Source: an uncultured Clostridia bacterium (lineage in GTDB: Bacteria > Bacillota > Clostridia > Christensenellales > Borkfalkiaceae). Taken from it: a DNA stretch of 64,000 nucleotides. The translations under genes and the position numbers were made by a program. Below, one piece after another: positions 10,117 through 19,249 of this stretch (position 1 is the stretch's first letter; each line of letters opens with the position of its first letter). Location: positions 1,142 to 65,141 of the forward strand of contig CALAFO010000047.1 of NCBI GenBank assembly GCA_937892545.1, given 5' to 3'. A model generated the notes under the pieces. That model was not told the DNA's origin. It made no database searches and saw only the letters and a list, made by a program, of their open reading frames with translations.

Positions 10117-11637
10117 ATGCAAAAACTTATAAAAACAGTTCTTATCCCTATTTTTTTCATACTTTCTGTTGCGGCTTTTGTTTCCTGCAAAAAAGCGGAA
10201 GCAATTCTTCCCCCGGAAAATATCCGCGTGGAAAACGATTATCTCTTCTGGGACGAAGCCCTTCACGCCGAATGGTACCTTGTGGATATCGACGGCACCG
10301 AATACGAAGCCGATACAAACAGCCTGAGTCTCTTTGAAATTACCACCGAGCCGAAATCATCCTATCAGATAAGAATTAAAAGCTGCGGAGACGAAACCGT
10401 CGATTATGAAAAATCAGAATGGTCGGCACTCTGCGATTATCGGAGAGAAAAGCAACCTTTTCTGTTTCAGTCTATCAATAACAATACGGAATACCAGATT
10501 AAAGCGGTTGATCCTGAAAGTTTAAGCGGGTCAGTAATTCTTCCGGCATACTTTAACAATAAACCTATCACAAAAATTATGCCCTGCGCATTTAAAAACG
10601 CCGTTAACGTTACCGCCGTCAAGCTTCCGTACACCGTAGCGGAAATAGGCAACTCCGCTTTTTATAATTGCACCGGTTTACAACGCATAGTATTGCCTGA
10701 CGGTCTCAAAGAAATTCCATTTGAAGCTTTTCGAAATTGCGCCGCTTTAACCGAAATCAATCTTCCCAGAGTTACAAAAATATCGACTTCCGCTTTTTAT
10801 AATTGCTCGTCATTAACTTCGTTACATATTCCGCAAAGCGTTCGCGAAATCGGAAACTGCATTACGGCTTACTGCAAAAATCTTACTTCCCTTACCGTTG
10901 ATGAAAACAATCTGTTTTACGAAAGCGAAGGAAATTGTATAATTAAAAAATCAACGCACACGATAATCGCGGGCTGCATCGCCAGCGTTATCCCGCAAAG
11001 CGCAAAAACAATAGGTCCTTTAGCGTTTTGCGGTTCTATGCCGGAGCCTTTCGTAATTCCCTCCAATATAGAAAAATTAGAACTATGCGCTTTATCTACG
11101 TATTCCGGAAAAACTTTGGTAATTCCGGAAAGCGTTACCTATTTAGATTATGAATTTATCGGCTATTGTCCGAATCTTACGCAGATTACGGTAGCCGAAA
11201 ACAACCCCGTTTATAGAAGCGAAGGAAACTGCATTATCGAAAAAGCCACTGGCACGGTGGTAAAAGGCTGCAACACAAGCGTAATTCCGCAAGGCGTTAA
11301 AGCAATCGGTCCCTGCGCTTTCAGATGGTTTCAGACGGAAGAAATCGTAATCCCTCACGGGGTAGAAATAATCTACGAGGAAGCTTTTCTCGAATCTACT
11401 GTAAAAAAAGTAGTTCTGCCGGATACGCTTACGGAAATTCGTGGGGCCGCCTTCAGAAAATGTGAAAATATCACGGAAATCGCATTCCCCGCAAGCATAA
11501 AAAAAATCGGCGCCTGCGCGTTTATTTATTGCCAACATCTGCCCACGCTATATATTCCCGAAGATACGGAAATCGGATGGGAGGCATTTTGGTGGGGCAC
11601 AAAAATAGTCCGCGTTCCCTCTCAGGCTACTTCGTAA
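10117..11637 (+). CDS. leucine-rich-repeat (BspA-type) lipoprotein, copy B
   Basis: Lipobox AAFVSC. Same architecture as A1/A2. Shares the N-terminal module and the last ~150 aa with them; the middle is divergent. Confidence 0.8.
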   Translation: MQKLIKTVLIPIFFILSVAAFVSCKKAEAILPPENIRVENDYLFWDEALHAEWYLVDIDGTEYEADTNSLSLFEITTEPKSSYQIRIKSCGDETVDYEKSEWSALCDYRREKQPFLFQSINNNTEYQIKAVDPESLSGSVILPAYFNNKPITKIMPCAFKNAVNVTAVKLPYTVAEIGNSAFYNCTGLQRIVLPDGLKEIPFEAFRNCAALTEINLPRVTKISTSAFYNCSSLTSLHIPQSVREIGNCITAYCKNLTSLTVDENNLFYESEGNCIIKKSTHTIIAGCIASVIPQSAKTIGPLAFCGSMPEPFVIPSNIEKLELCALSTYSGKTLVIPESVTYLDYEFIGYCPNLTQITVAENNPVYRSEGNCIIEKATGTVVKGCNTSVIPQGVKAIGPCAFRWFQTEEIVIPHGVEIIYEEAFLESTVKKVVLPDTLTEIRGAAFRKCENITEIAFPASIKKIGACAFIYCQHLPTLYIPEDTEIGWEAFWWGTKIVRVPSQATS

Positions 11638-11725
11638 ACACCTTTTCTTACATTGCGTGCGGAGCATTTTCCAAAAAAAACCGCACGCTTTCTGTATTAT
11701 AATTTTATTATTTTAAGGAGCGCCT

Positions 11726-13240
11726 ATGTTATCCCGCGTGAAAAAGTTTGCCGTATTTACGTTTTTTATCTGTTTACTTTCGGCGTTTGCCGCCTGCAAC
11801 CGGCAAAAAGAAAATTTCCTTCCGCCCGAAAATATCCGCGTGGAAAACGATTATCTGCTTTGGGATGCTACGCCGCATACCGAATGGTACCTTGTGGATA
11901 TCGACGGAACCGAATACGAAGCTGACGAGCCTTCGCTGGACTTGTTTACGATTACCACCGCGCCGACAACTTACCGGATACAAATCAGAAGCGTGGGCGA
12001 CGATACGTTCAATTATCAGAAATCGGCTTGGTCTGCTCCGTTCGAATATAAATTAGAAGCCTCCCCTCTTCTTGTACAAGAATATAAAACCGGCGAATAC
12101 GAAATCAAGGCAGATAATCCGGAAGCCTTGCAGGGAAAAATCGTTATTCCCTCTTCCGTAAATGGAAAACCCGTTACACAAATTGCGAAACACGCTTTTG
12201 ATAACGCAAAAAACATAACCCGCGTCGTCATTCCGGATTCCGTCCTTGAAATCGGATATGATGCATTCCAAGACTGCAGCTCCTTACAACGCATCCGTTT
12301 GCCTCGAAATATTAGAACTTTGCAAAGTCACACTTTCGACGGATGTACATCTTTGCAGGAAATAGAAATTCCCGTCTGCAACGAAATTGAAAACTTCGTT
12401 TTTGAAAACTGCACCTCTTTAAAAAAGCTGCATATTCCGCAACAAGTGAAAAAAATCGGAACGTTCCTCACGGCTGCCTGCCATAATCTTACAGAACTTA
12501 GCGTAGATGAGAAAAATCTGTTTTACAAAAGCGAAGGAAATTGCATTATTGAAAAAGCTACAAACAAAGTAATCGCCGGCTGCAATACAAGCGTTATCCC
12601 TGATGAGGTTAAAATTATCGGACGTTCCGCTTTTTCTTTTTTCTCTCTGCCCAACGGCATATCTATTCCCTCCTCTGTAGAGAAAATCGAATATGCAGCC
12701 TTTTACTATTGTAAAAACACGTCTTTCTTTATTCCGGAAAAGGTTACTACGCTGGAGTCTTCTTTTATCACACACGGCACACAAGTTACTTCTTTGGAAG
12801 TAGCCGAAAGTAACCCTGCTTATAAAAGCGAAGGGAATTGCATTATCGAAAAAGCTACTGGAAAGCTTGTAGCCGCTTGCAACATAAGCGTAATTCCGCA
12901 AGGCGTTAAAATTATCGGTGCCGGTACCTGCGCGTGGCTGCAGGCGGAAGAAATCGTCATTCCTCACGGGGTGGAAATCATTGAAATGGAAGCTTTTTAC
13001 AATTCTGCTTTTAAAAAAGTAGTTCTGCCGGATACGCTTACGGAAATCGGTATAGCAGCTTTTATGTATTGCTCTAATCTGACCGAAATTTCTTTTCCCG
13101 CAAGTATAAAGCTCATTGATTCTATGGCGTTCTATCGTTGTCCGAAATTGCCCACATTATATATTCCGGAAGATACGGAAATAAGAGGCGCTTTTTCCGG
13201 CACAAAAATAGTCCGCGTTCCCTCTCAGGCTGCTTCGTAA
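11726..13240 (+). CDS. leucine-rich-repeat (BspA-type) lipoprotein, copy A2
   Basis: Near-identical to A1 except for a dense patch of substitutions in codons ~95-225. Confidence 0.8.
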   Translation: MLSRVKKFAVFTFFICLLSAFAACNRQKENFLPPENIRVENDYLLWDATPHTEWYLVDIDGTEYEADEPSLDLFTITTAPTTYRIQIRSVGDDTFNYQKSAWSAPFEYKLEASPLLVQEYKTGEYEIKADNPEALQGKIVIPSSVNGKPVTQIAKHAFDNAKNITRVVIPDSVLEIGYDAFQDCSSLQRIRLPRNIRTLQSHTFDGCTSLQEIEIPVCNEIENFVFENCTSLKKLHIPQQVKKIGTFLTAACHNLTELSVDEKNLFYKSEGNCIIEKATNKVIAGCNTSVIPDEVKIIGRSAFSFFSLPNGISIPSSVEKIEYAAFYYCKNTSFFIPEKVTTLESSFITHGTQVTSLEVAESNPAYKSEGNCIIEKATGKLVAACNISVIPQGVKIIGAGTCAWLQAEEIVIPHGVEIIEMEAFYNSAFKKVVLPDTLTEIGIAAFMYCSNLTEISFPASIKLIDSMAFYRCPKLPTLYIPEDTEIRGAFSGTKIVRVPSQAAS

Positions 13241-13350
13241 ACGCCTTTTCTTACATTGCGTGCGGAACAGTTCTCAAACAAATCCGCACGCTTTCGCTAT
13301 ATTCTTTAGAAACCGCCGAAGAATAGCACAACAATAGCACAGCACAAAAA

Positions 13351-13403
13351 AACAGCCCTCGTCGCACGGAACTTTCCGCCGCGGGGGCTGTTGCTTTTTG
13401 TTT
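13351..13403. terminator. bidirectional terminator between LRR copy A2 and the SecB-like gene
   Basis: aacagccc...gggctgtt stem flanked by an A-run upstream and gctttttgtttttt downstream. Confidence 0.5.
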
Positions 13404-13413
13404 TTTATCGCTT

Positions 13414-13860
13414 TCAGTTCAGCACGTCGGGCGATTCAAACGATTTCGACTGCTGCTCGCCTCTGTCCTCCGGGAACATCGTTCCGGCGGGAATCACGGG
13501 CAGAATCAGCGGATTGATAAACGCGTTTGCCGTAAGCGACGAAACCACGGCGCGAAGATACGGGTATACGATTTCCGTAGTGGAAATCGCCAGTACCTGA
13601 CGATCTTCGTCGGTATTCACGTCCTCCGCTTCGAAAATTCCCACAAGGCGCGCTTTCAGATTAAACGGCTTGGGTTCCGCTTCGGTGGATTCCACCTTTA
13701 CTTCCAGCGCAACGAAGTACAGTTTGTCGTTTTCCTGTACCTTTCTGATCGTGCGCGAAAACTGCGGTTTGATTTCGAATTTCGTGTTCCTGTCCATTTT
13801 AATGCGGTTCACGGTGTAGTTGAGTTCCTCTGCGGTAATCCCTCTTAAAGCATACTTCAT
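13414..13860 (-). CDS. SecB-like chaperone family protein
   Basis: Collinear with E. coli SecB as I remember it. YFVALEVKV / ...LVGIFEA... / EIVYPYLRAVVSSLTANAFINPLILPVI corresponds to YEVVLRVTV / ...GGIFSI... / [41 protein letters not shown]. Confidence 0.6.
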   Translation of the reverse strand: MKYALRGITAEELNYTVNRIKMDRNTKFEIKPQFSRTIRKVQENDKLYFVALEVKVESTEAEPKPFNLKARLVGIFEAEDVNTDEDRQVLAISTTEIVYPYLRAVVSSLTANAFINPLILPVIPAGTMFPEDRGEQQSKSFESPDVLN

Positions 13861-13930
13861 ATTAAAAAGCCTTCCTTACTGTTTTTCGGTTGCGCCGCCT
13901 TAAATCCGGCAACGTTTCCGTTCTGTAAAT

Positions 13931-13959
13931 ATTATAGCAGTTTTTGCAGACGCTGTCAA
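13931..13959 (-). promoter_or_regulatory. perfect consensus sigma-A promoter for the SecB-like gene
   Basis: Minus strand reads TTGACA - gcgtctgcaaaaactgc (17 nt) - TATAAT. Confidence 0.6.
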
Positions 13960-14020
13960 GCATTGCGGCGCGCGCCGCGGCGAAAAACCCGCCGCAACGG
14001 TGAAATTTTTGTTAATTCTC

Positions 14021-14049
14021 TTGCTTTTTGCGCCTCTTTATGTTATAAT
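14021..14049 (+). promoter_or_regulatory. sigma-A-type promoter for the ABC/FtsX fusion gene
   Basis: TTGCTT - 17 nt - TATAAT, with TGt just upstream of the -10. Confidence 0.5.
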
Positions 14050-14091
14050 CGGTTCAGAAACCCGCGGCAAAACCGAAAAAGGAGAAACCGG

Positions 14092-17000
14092 ATGTTAGAA
14101 GTAGTACATTTAACAAAAATTTACAAAGCCAAAGGCGGCGTGGAAACCAAGGCTCTGAACGACGTTTCCGTACGTTTTCCCGAAAAAGGCATGGTATTTC
14201 TGCTGGGCAAAAGCGGCAGCGGCAAATCCACGCTTTTAAACGTATGCGGCGGACTCGATTCACCCACGTCGGGCGAAATTATCGTAAAAGGGCGTTCCAG
14301 CAAAAACTTTTCGCAGAGCGATTTCGATTCTTACCGCAATACTTTTATCGGGTTTGTGTTTCAGGAATACAACATTCTCAACGAATTCACGGTAGAAGAT
14401 AATATCGCGCTCGCCCTCGAACTGCAGGGCAAACCGAAAGATAAAAAAGCCATCAAACAGCTTCTTGACGACGTGGATTTAAGCTCGTTCGCAAAACGCA
14501 AACCCAACACGCTTTCGGGCGGGCAGAAGCAGCGCATCGCCATCGCCCGCGCGCTGATCAAACACCCCGAAATCATCATGGCGGACGAACCGACGGGCGC
14601 GCTGGATTCCGCCACCGGCAAACAGGTATTCGACACGCTGAAAAAGCTTTCGAAAACCAAGTTGGTTATCGTGGTATCGCACGATCGCGATTTTGCGGAA
14701 GAGTACGGCGACAGAATCATCGAACTGAAAGACGGCAGAATTTTATCGGACGTAACCAAAGAAGAAGCCGCGGCTAAGGCGCTGGGGGCAAACCTCGAAA
14801 TCATCGGCGAAAACACCCTTTCGGTAAAGGACGGCGCGGCGCTCACGCAGCAGGATTATCAGTACATTTACGCGTTTTTGTCGCGCAACAAAAACGCGAT
14901 AATCTCCGGCGGCGAAAAGGAAATTTCCGATTTTAAAAAAGTCAGCCACATCACCGAAAACGGCGGCAAAGAATTCTTCGCGCAGACGGACGAAAAGAAA
15001 ATCCCGAAAAAGCAATACGACGGAAAAAAGACGAAATTCATCCGTTCGAAGCTGCCCATGCGGCACGCGTTCCGAATCGGCGTTTCGGGCTTGAAATCCA
15101 AGCCGTTCCGTCTGATTTTCACTATTTTGCTCTGCTCGGTGGCATTTATCATGTTCGGGCTGTTTTCCACGCTGATGCTGTACGATAAAGACGAAACGCT
15201 GTACCAGACTTTAAACGACGCGGGCGTAAACGTGCTGCACGTGGATAAAGTGTATAAGTACACGGAAACGTACACTTATACGAACGACGGCGAAACGAAC
15301 TCCTATTCTTACGACCGCGCGGCGCATACCCGTATCACGGACGCCGAAGCGGAAAAAATCGCAAAAACGTTCGGAGAAGAAACGTTCGGAGTTACCACCC
15401 TGCTCGCGCCCGATTCCTATTCTTCCGATTTTCAGGCAAAAGCGGTAACTCTGAACGACGTAAACCTTGTCGACGCGGGAAAATACTATTCGGCGGAGCT
15501 TTTATACGCCGGGTATCTGCCCGAAAATCACGCGTTCAGAAACCGCGTGAAATTCGGAACTTATCCCGCGGCGGACGACGAAATTCTGATTTCCTCCTAC
15601 ACCGCCTCGGTGCTTGTCAAGGCGAATTACGAAAACGTTGCTTCGGCAGGGCAGCTTTTAGGCAAAACTATTAGCTTTACGCTGTATTACAACGGATTTT
15701 CCCAAACGGCGACCTATAAAATTTCGGGCGTTTTCGACAGCGGCGACAAAGCGCTTTACGAACAATACAAAACGTACGGCGAAAAAACCTCGCAGGCGGT
15801 TTCGACGGAAGAAATCAAACAGCAGGCTAAAGATTTGCAGAATCTTTCCGCCGCCCTCACGGACGGTTATCACGAAATCGCGTTTTTCAACGAAAACACG
15901 GCAACCGCCTTCCGTACGGCAACAAAACTGCAAAGTCTTGCGCTGCGCAACGAACTGAACGAAGCGCACTATCACCGCGCCGCATTCGCGAAAAAAGACG
16001 GAGAAGAAGATTCCGGCTACCACGAAGAATGGACGTATCTGAAATCCTCCCTGCTTCCCGACGTGGGCAGCACCGTCTGGCTGAACGGAAAAACCGCGGT
16101 ATCGGACGGCGAAGCCGTCATCACGCCGGCGATGTTCGCGCGGCTTCTCCGCCTGCTGACCGACATTGATTTTTCGTCTTTCTGGCAGGACGTCGCCGCC
16201 GAATACACAGGCTCCTCTTTCATTCCCGCACAATGGACGATGCAGGACTGGCTTCTGAGTCAACAGCAGGGTGGCAACGATCCAGAGGAAGTAATCGCCG
16301 CGTATGAGAAATTTTTAACGCTTACGGGCACGGGCGGCAAATACGAAGCACAGGCAAAACAATTCAAGTTCGTCAACGAATCTTTCGAAATTCCGTCCGT
16401 ACTTGCTGGCTACGACGCCACCGCAAACGACTGGGCAAACCTTGCCGCAAACGGTCAGACTCAGATTTTCGACAGCGAAAAGAATTCTTACGTCGATATT
16501 ATTTTCACCGAAGCGCAGGTAAAAGAAATCGTTTCCGCGGTATACGAAAAGTACGCGGCGGCATTCGGCAGCGGCGATATCGCCTTCGATGTTCAGGTGC
16601 TGGTTTCGGGTAAAGACGGCTGGAAACGGGCAGGCGAAGCGAAAACTTTCAAAGTCGCGGGATTCGTGTTCGATTCCGAAAAGAACTATAGCGACGGTCT
16701 TTTCTTCGCTACGGAAGCGGACTGCAACGCGCTGTATAAAACTTTCGAATCTTACGCTCAGGCAAACAATCAATATTTTTCCTCCACAACATATACGTTC
16801 TATTACGAAGAACCCGCCGACGCGAAATACGACGCGGTGTTCCTGCCCTACTCTTCGGCGCACAGATACGATTTATCGATGTTCTCTTACGATTTCGGCG
16901 AAGATTATACGCGCTTTGCCATCGGTAACGCGCAGACGCAGGCGCTGGAACTGGTAAACTCGCTGGTGCAGGAATTATCGGAAATCTTCATGTGGATAGG

Positions 17001-17373
17001 CATCGTGCTGGCGGCGTTTTCCATGCTGCTGCTTTCCAACTTCATCGCCACGTCCATTTCCTACAAGAAAAAAGAAATCGGCATCCTGCGCGCGGTGGGC
17101 GCGCGCGGCGCGGATGTATTCAAAATTTTCTATTCCGAATCGTTCGTCATCGCGCTGATTTGTCTGGCGCTCGGCATTGCGGGCAGCGTCGTCGGTTGCA
17201 ATATTCTCAACCGTGAAATCAGCACCACCATCAGCGCTTCCATCTTCGTGTTCGGCGGAGCTTCGGTTGCCATACTGCTTGCCATCGCGGCGGTTACTTC
17301 GGCAATCGCCACGTTCCTGCCCGTATTCACCGCGGCAAGAAAGAAGCCCGTGGAAGCCATCCGGGCATTGTAA
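14092..17373 (+). CDS. fused ABC transporter ATP-binding protein / FtsX-family (MacB-type) permease with a large extracytoplasmic domain
   Basis: ATG 14092 with RBS AAAGGAGAAA. Walker [10 protein letters not shown], signature LSGGQKQR, Walker [15 protein letters not shown]1 at [21 protein letters not shown], then ~640 aa without hydrophobic helices, then a C-terminal FtsX-type 3-TM bundle (...[15 protein letters not shown]...). Confidence 0.85.
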   Translation: MLEVVHLTKIYKAKGGVETKALNDVSVRFPEKGMVFLLGKSGSGKSTLLNVCGGLDSPTSGEIIVKGRSSKNFSQSDFDSYRNTFIGFVFQEYNILNEFTVEDNIALALELQGKPKDKKAIKQLLDDVDLSSFAKRKPNTLSGGQKQRIAIARALIKHPEIIMADEPTGALDSATGKQVFDTLKKLSKTKLVIVVSHDRDFAEEYGDRIIELKDGRILSDVTKEEAAAKALGANLEIIGENTLSVKDGAALTQQDYQYIYAFLSRNKNAIISGGEKEISDFKKVSHITENGGKEFFAQTDEKKIPKKQYDGKKTKFIRSKLPMRHAFRIGVSGLKSKPFRLIFTILLCSVAFIMFGLFSTLMLYDKDETLYQTLNDAGVNVLHVDKVYKYTETYTYTNDGETNSYSYDRAAHTRITDAEAEKIAKTFGEETFGVTTLLAPDSYSSDFQAKAVTLNDVNLVDAGKYYSAELLYAGYLPENHAFRNRVKFGTYPAADDEILISSYTASVLVKANYENVASAGQLLGKTISFTLYYNGFSQTATYKISGVFDSGDKALYEQYKTYGEKTSQAVSTEEIKQQAKDLQNLSAALTDGYHEIAFFNENTATAFRTATKLQSLALRNELNEAHYHRAAFAKKDGEEDSGYHEEWTYLKSSLLPDVGSTVWLNGKTAVSDGEAVITPAMFARLLRLLTDIDFSSFWQDVAAEYTGSSFIPAQWTMQDWLLSQQQGGNDPEEVIAAYEKFLTLTGTGGKYEAQAKQFKFVNESFEIPSVLAGYDATANDWANLAANGQTQIFDSEKNSYVDIIFTEAQVKEIVSAVYEKYAAAFGSGDIAFDVQVLVSGKDGWKRAGEAKTFKVAGFVFDSEKNYSDGLFFATEADCNALYKTFESYAQANNQYFSSTTYTFYYEEPADAKYDAVFLPYSSAHRYDLSMFSYDFGEDYTRFAIGNAQTQALELVNSLVQELSEIFMWIGIVLAAFSMLLLSNFIATSISYKKKEIGILRAVGARGADVFKIFYSESFVIALICLALGIAGSVVGCNILNREISTTISASIFVFGGASVAILLAIAAVTSAIATFLPVFTAARKKPVEAIRAL

Positions 17374-17379
17374 TTTATA

Positions 17380-17538
17380 CCTTGTATACAGCCTTCCCCC
17401 GCGGGGGGGAAGGTGGCGGCAAAGCCACCGGATGAGGGGCGTAACATTTTATGCGTGATTCATTTTTGCCCTGAAAATTTTTGCGGAATTTTCAGGGCAA
17501 ATGGCGCAACTTGTTTTCTATACCGGACAAATCAAGCG
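17380..17538 (+). repeat. structured intergenic repeat, long form (copy A)
   Basis: ccttgtatacaGCCTTCCCCC-gc-GGGGGGGAAGG, then the ggtggc-ggcaaa-gccacc hairpin, then GGATGAGGGGCGTAAC, then the inserted hairpin gccctgaaaat...attttcagggc, then cttgttttcta. Confidence 0.6.
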
Positions 17539-17607
17539 TAAATTCAACTCAATAAGAAAACAGGCTTCTCCTTTTTGCGGAGAAGCCTTCGTTTATTTTC
17601 AAATCTT

Positions 17608-18612
17608 TTACTCGCTTATACACAGTGTTTTAAATAATTTTTTATCACGCAGCAGCGCCCCCGCGCCCGTAATCACGGCGTACTGCGGTTCGGCGCACGT
17701 GCGCACGCGCATTTCCAGTTTTCGCGAAAGATACTCCGCCGCGTACGGCAGTTTCGCCACACCGCCCGAAAGATACAATCCGTTTTTATTCACCGCCGCA
17801 GCCACTTCCGCAGGCAACCCTTTCAGCACGTAAGAAGCGTATTCCACAGCTTTATCGAAATACACCGATATGCAATCGGCAATCTCGCCCGCCTGCACCG
17901 ATACGCCCGCCGGACGGAATTGCAGAATGTTGATTCCCTCCGCCACCGTTGCGCCGCGCGCTTCGGGCGAAAGCGAGCCGATTTCGTTTTTCAGTCGCTC
18001 CGCGGTAAGCGCGCCCACGCGCAGAGATTTGATTTTTTCCACGCGCCCCGCAATGTCCGCGTCCATATTGTTGCCGCCGATATTCATCGAAAGCCCTGCG
18101 ATAATCCCCTCGGAAGAAAGCACCGCGATATTCGTGTTTCCGCCGCCCATATCCATTACAAACACGGGTTCGGAATCGGAAAGCACCGCTTCTCCGCCCA
18201 GCGCGGCAAGATACGGCACCTCCGCGAAATATACGTTTTTCAAGCGACACTCTTCCGCCAGCAGCGAATAGGCGGATTTCGCCTCGTCGCCCGCGCCGCA
18301 GGGCAGCGCAAACAATACTTCCGTCTTTTTGAACGCCGCCCCGTCGGGATTTACGCGGCGCAGAAATTCTTTCAGCATTTCGGCGGCAAGCCTGCCGTTT
18401 TTAATTTCGCCTTCGTACACGGGAAACTCTATTTCGGTAGACTCCGTCGTTTTCCCCACCAGTTTTTTGGCGTCTTTCCCGATGGCTTTCACTTCGCCGG
18501 TAATGCCGTCCACCGCCACCGCGGAAGGTTCGGCAAGCACGATGCCGCTGCCGCCGTCCGCGCGGTATATCTTCGTTACCGAAGAGCCCAGATCAATCGC
18601 AAGCTTTATCAT
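17608..18612 (-). CDS. MreB-like actin-family protein (divergent)
   Basis: LAIDLGSSVTKIY...GIVLAEPSAVAV...FVMDMGGGNTNIAVLS...LYLSGGVAKLP is collinear with the MreB phosphate-1/2 and adenosine motifs. Overlaps the maf 3' end by 20 nt. Confidence 0.7.
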   Translation of the reverse strand: MIKLAIDLGSSVTKIYRADGGSGIVLAEPSAVAVDGITGEVKAIGKDAKKLVGKTTESTEIEFPVYEGEIKNGRLAAEMLKEFLRRVNPDGAAFKKTEVLFALPCGAGDEAKSAYSLLAEECRLKNVYFAEVPYLAALGGEAVLSDSEPVFVMDMGGGNTNIAVLSSEGIIAGLSMNIGGNNMDADIAGRVEKIKSLRVGALTAERLKNEIGSLSPEARGATVAEGINILQFRPAGVSVQAGEIADCISVYFDKAVEYASYVLKGLPAEVAAAVNKNGLYLSGGVAKLPYAAEYLSRKLEMRVRTCAEPQYAVITGAGALLRDKKLFKTLCISE

Positions 18613-19177
18613 TTTCGTTCGTTTCCTTTTGTTTCAATATTCTTTCCAGAAGCTCCGCAGGCAATCCCACCACGTTATCGATGCTTCCGCGCACGTATTC
18701 CGTCGGCACGCCGTCCTGTATGCCGTATGCTCCCGCCTTATCCATCGGCGAACCGCCCGCCACATAATCGCGGATGAATTCTTCCGTAAACGGCTTGAAT
18801 TTCACTTTCGTTTCGTCGTGTCGCACGATTTTTTCGCCGTCCGGGAAAATCAGACATACGCCCGTAAATACGCTGTGTTCTTTCCCGGAAAGCAGCCGCA
18901 GCATCGTCCCGGCTTCTTCTTCGCTCTTCGGCTTTCCGAGAATTCTGCCGCCGATCGCCACCACCGTATCCGCGCCGAGCACGATTTTTCCCGCGTGTTC
19001 CTTTTTTGCCGCAACCTCTTCCGCCTTGTGCCGTGCAAGCGTTTCGGCATATTCCGCGGGCGGCAACGATTCATCCGCGCGCTCTTCGCCTTTCGCCGCG
19101 TCTATTTCGAAATTCTCCGTAATTTTTTTAAACAATTCTTTGCGCCGCGGCGACGCGCTTGCCAGTACGAAATTCAT
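18593..19177 (-). CDS. maf: Maf-family nucleoside triphosphate pyrophosphatase
   Basis: Start set at MNFVLASASPRRKELF. Also GADTVV and KAGAYGIQD blocks. Confidence 0.85.
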   Translation of the reverse strand: MNFVLASASPRRKELFKKITENFEIDAAKGEERADESLPPAEYAETLARHKAEEVAAKKEHAGKIVLGADTVVAIGGRILGKPKSEEEAGTMLRLLSGKEHSVFTGVCLIFPDGEKIVRHDETKVKFKPFTEEFIRDYVAGGSPMDKAGAYGIQDGVPTEYVRGSIDNVVGLPAELLERILKQKETNENDKACD

Positions 19178-19249
19178 CTTCTGCTGCTCCGTAAACAAAA
19201 ACCGCCGGCACGCCCGCGCGCCCAAGCGGCTTTTTTATATCGTCCGATT

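Larger units (their letters stand above)
8439..13403 (+). repeat. segmental tandem amplification (period 3214 bp) of LRR lipoprotein genes with their terminators
   Basis: ATG 8512 and ATG 11726 sit in identical contexts (ataattttattattttaaggagcgcctatg). The terminator hairpin GCGTGCGGA...TCCGCACGC recurs at about 8439, 10058, 11645 and 13256. Confidence 0.85.

Noticed and set aside
8512-13240. Diversity-generating retroelement acting on the variable patch of the LRR genes.
   Set aside because: There is no reverse transcriptase or template repeat nearby. The substitutions between copies A1 and A2 are not adenine-specific; all base changes occur.
13414-13860. Toxin-antitoxin-chaperone (TAC) module around the SecB-like gene.
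   Set aside because: No small toxin/antitoxin ORF pair is adjacent. The gene has its own promoter and terminator and is flanked by a lipoprotein gene and an ABC gene.
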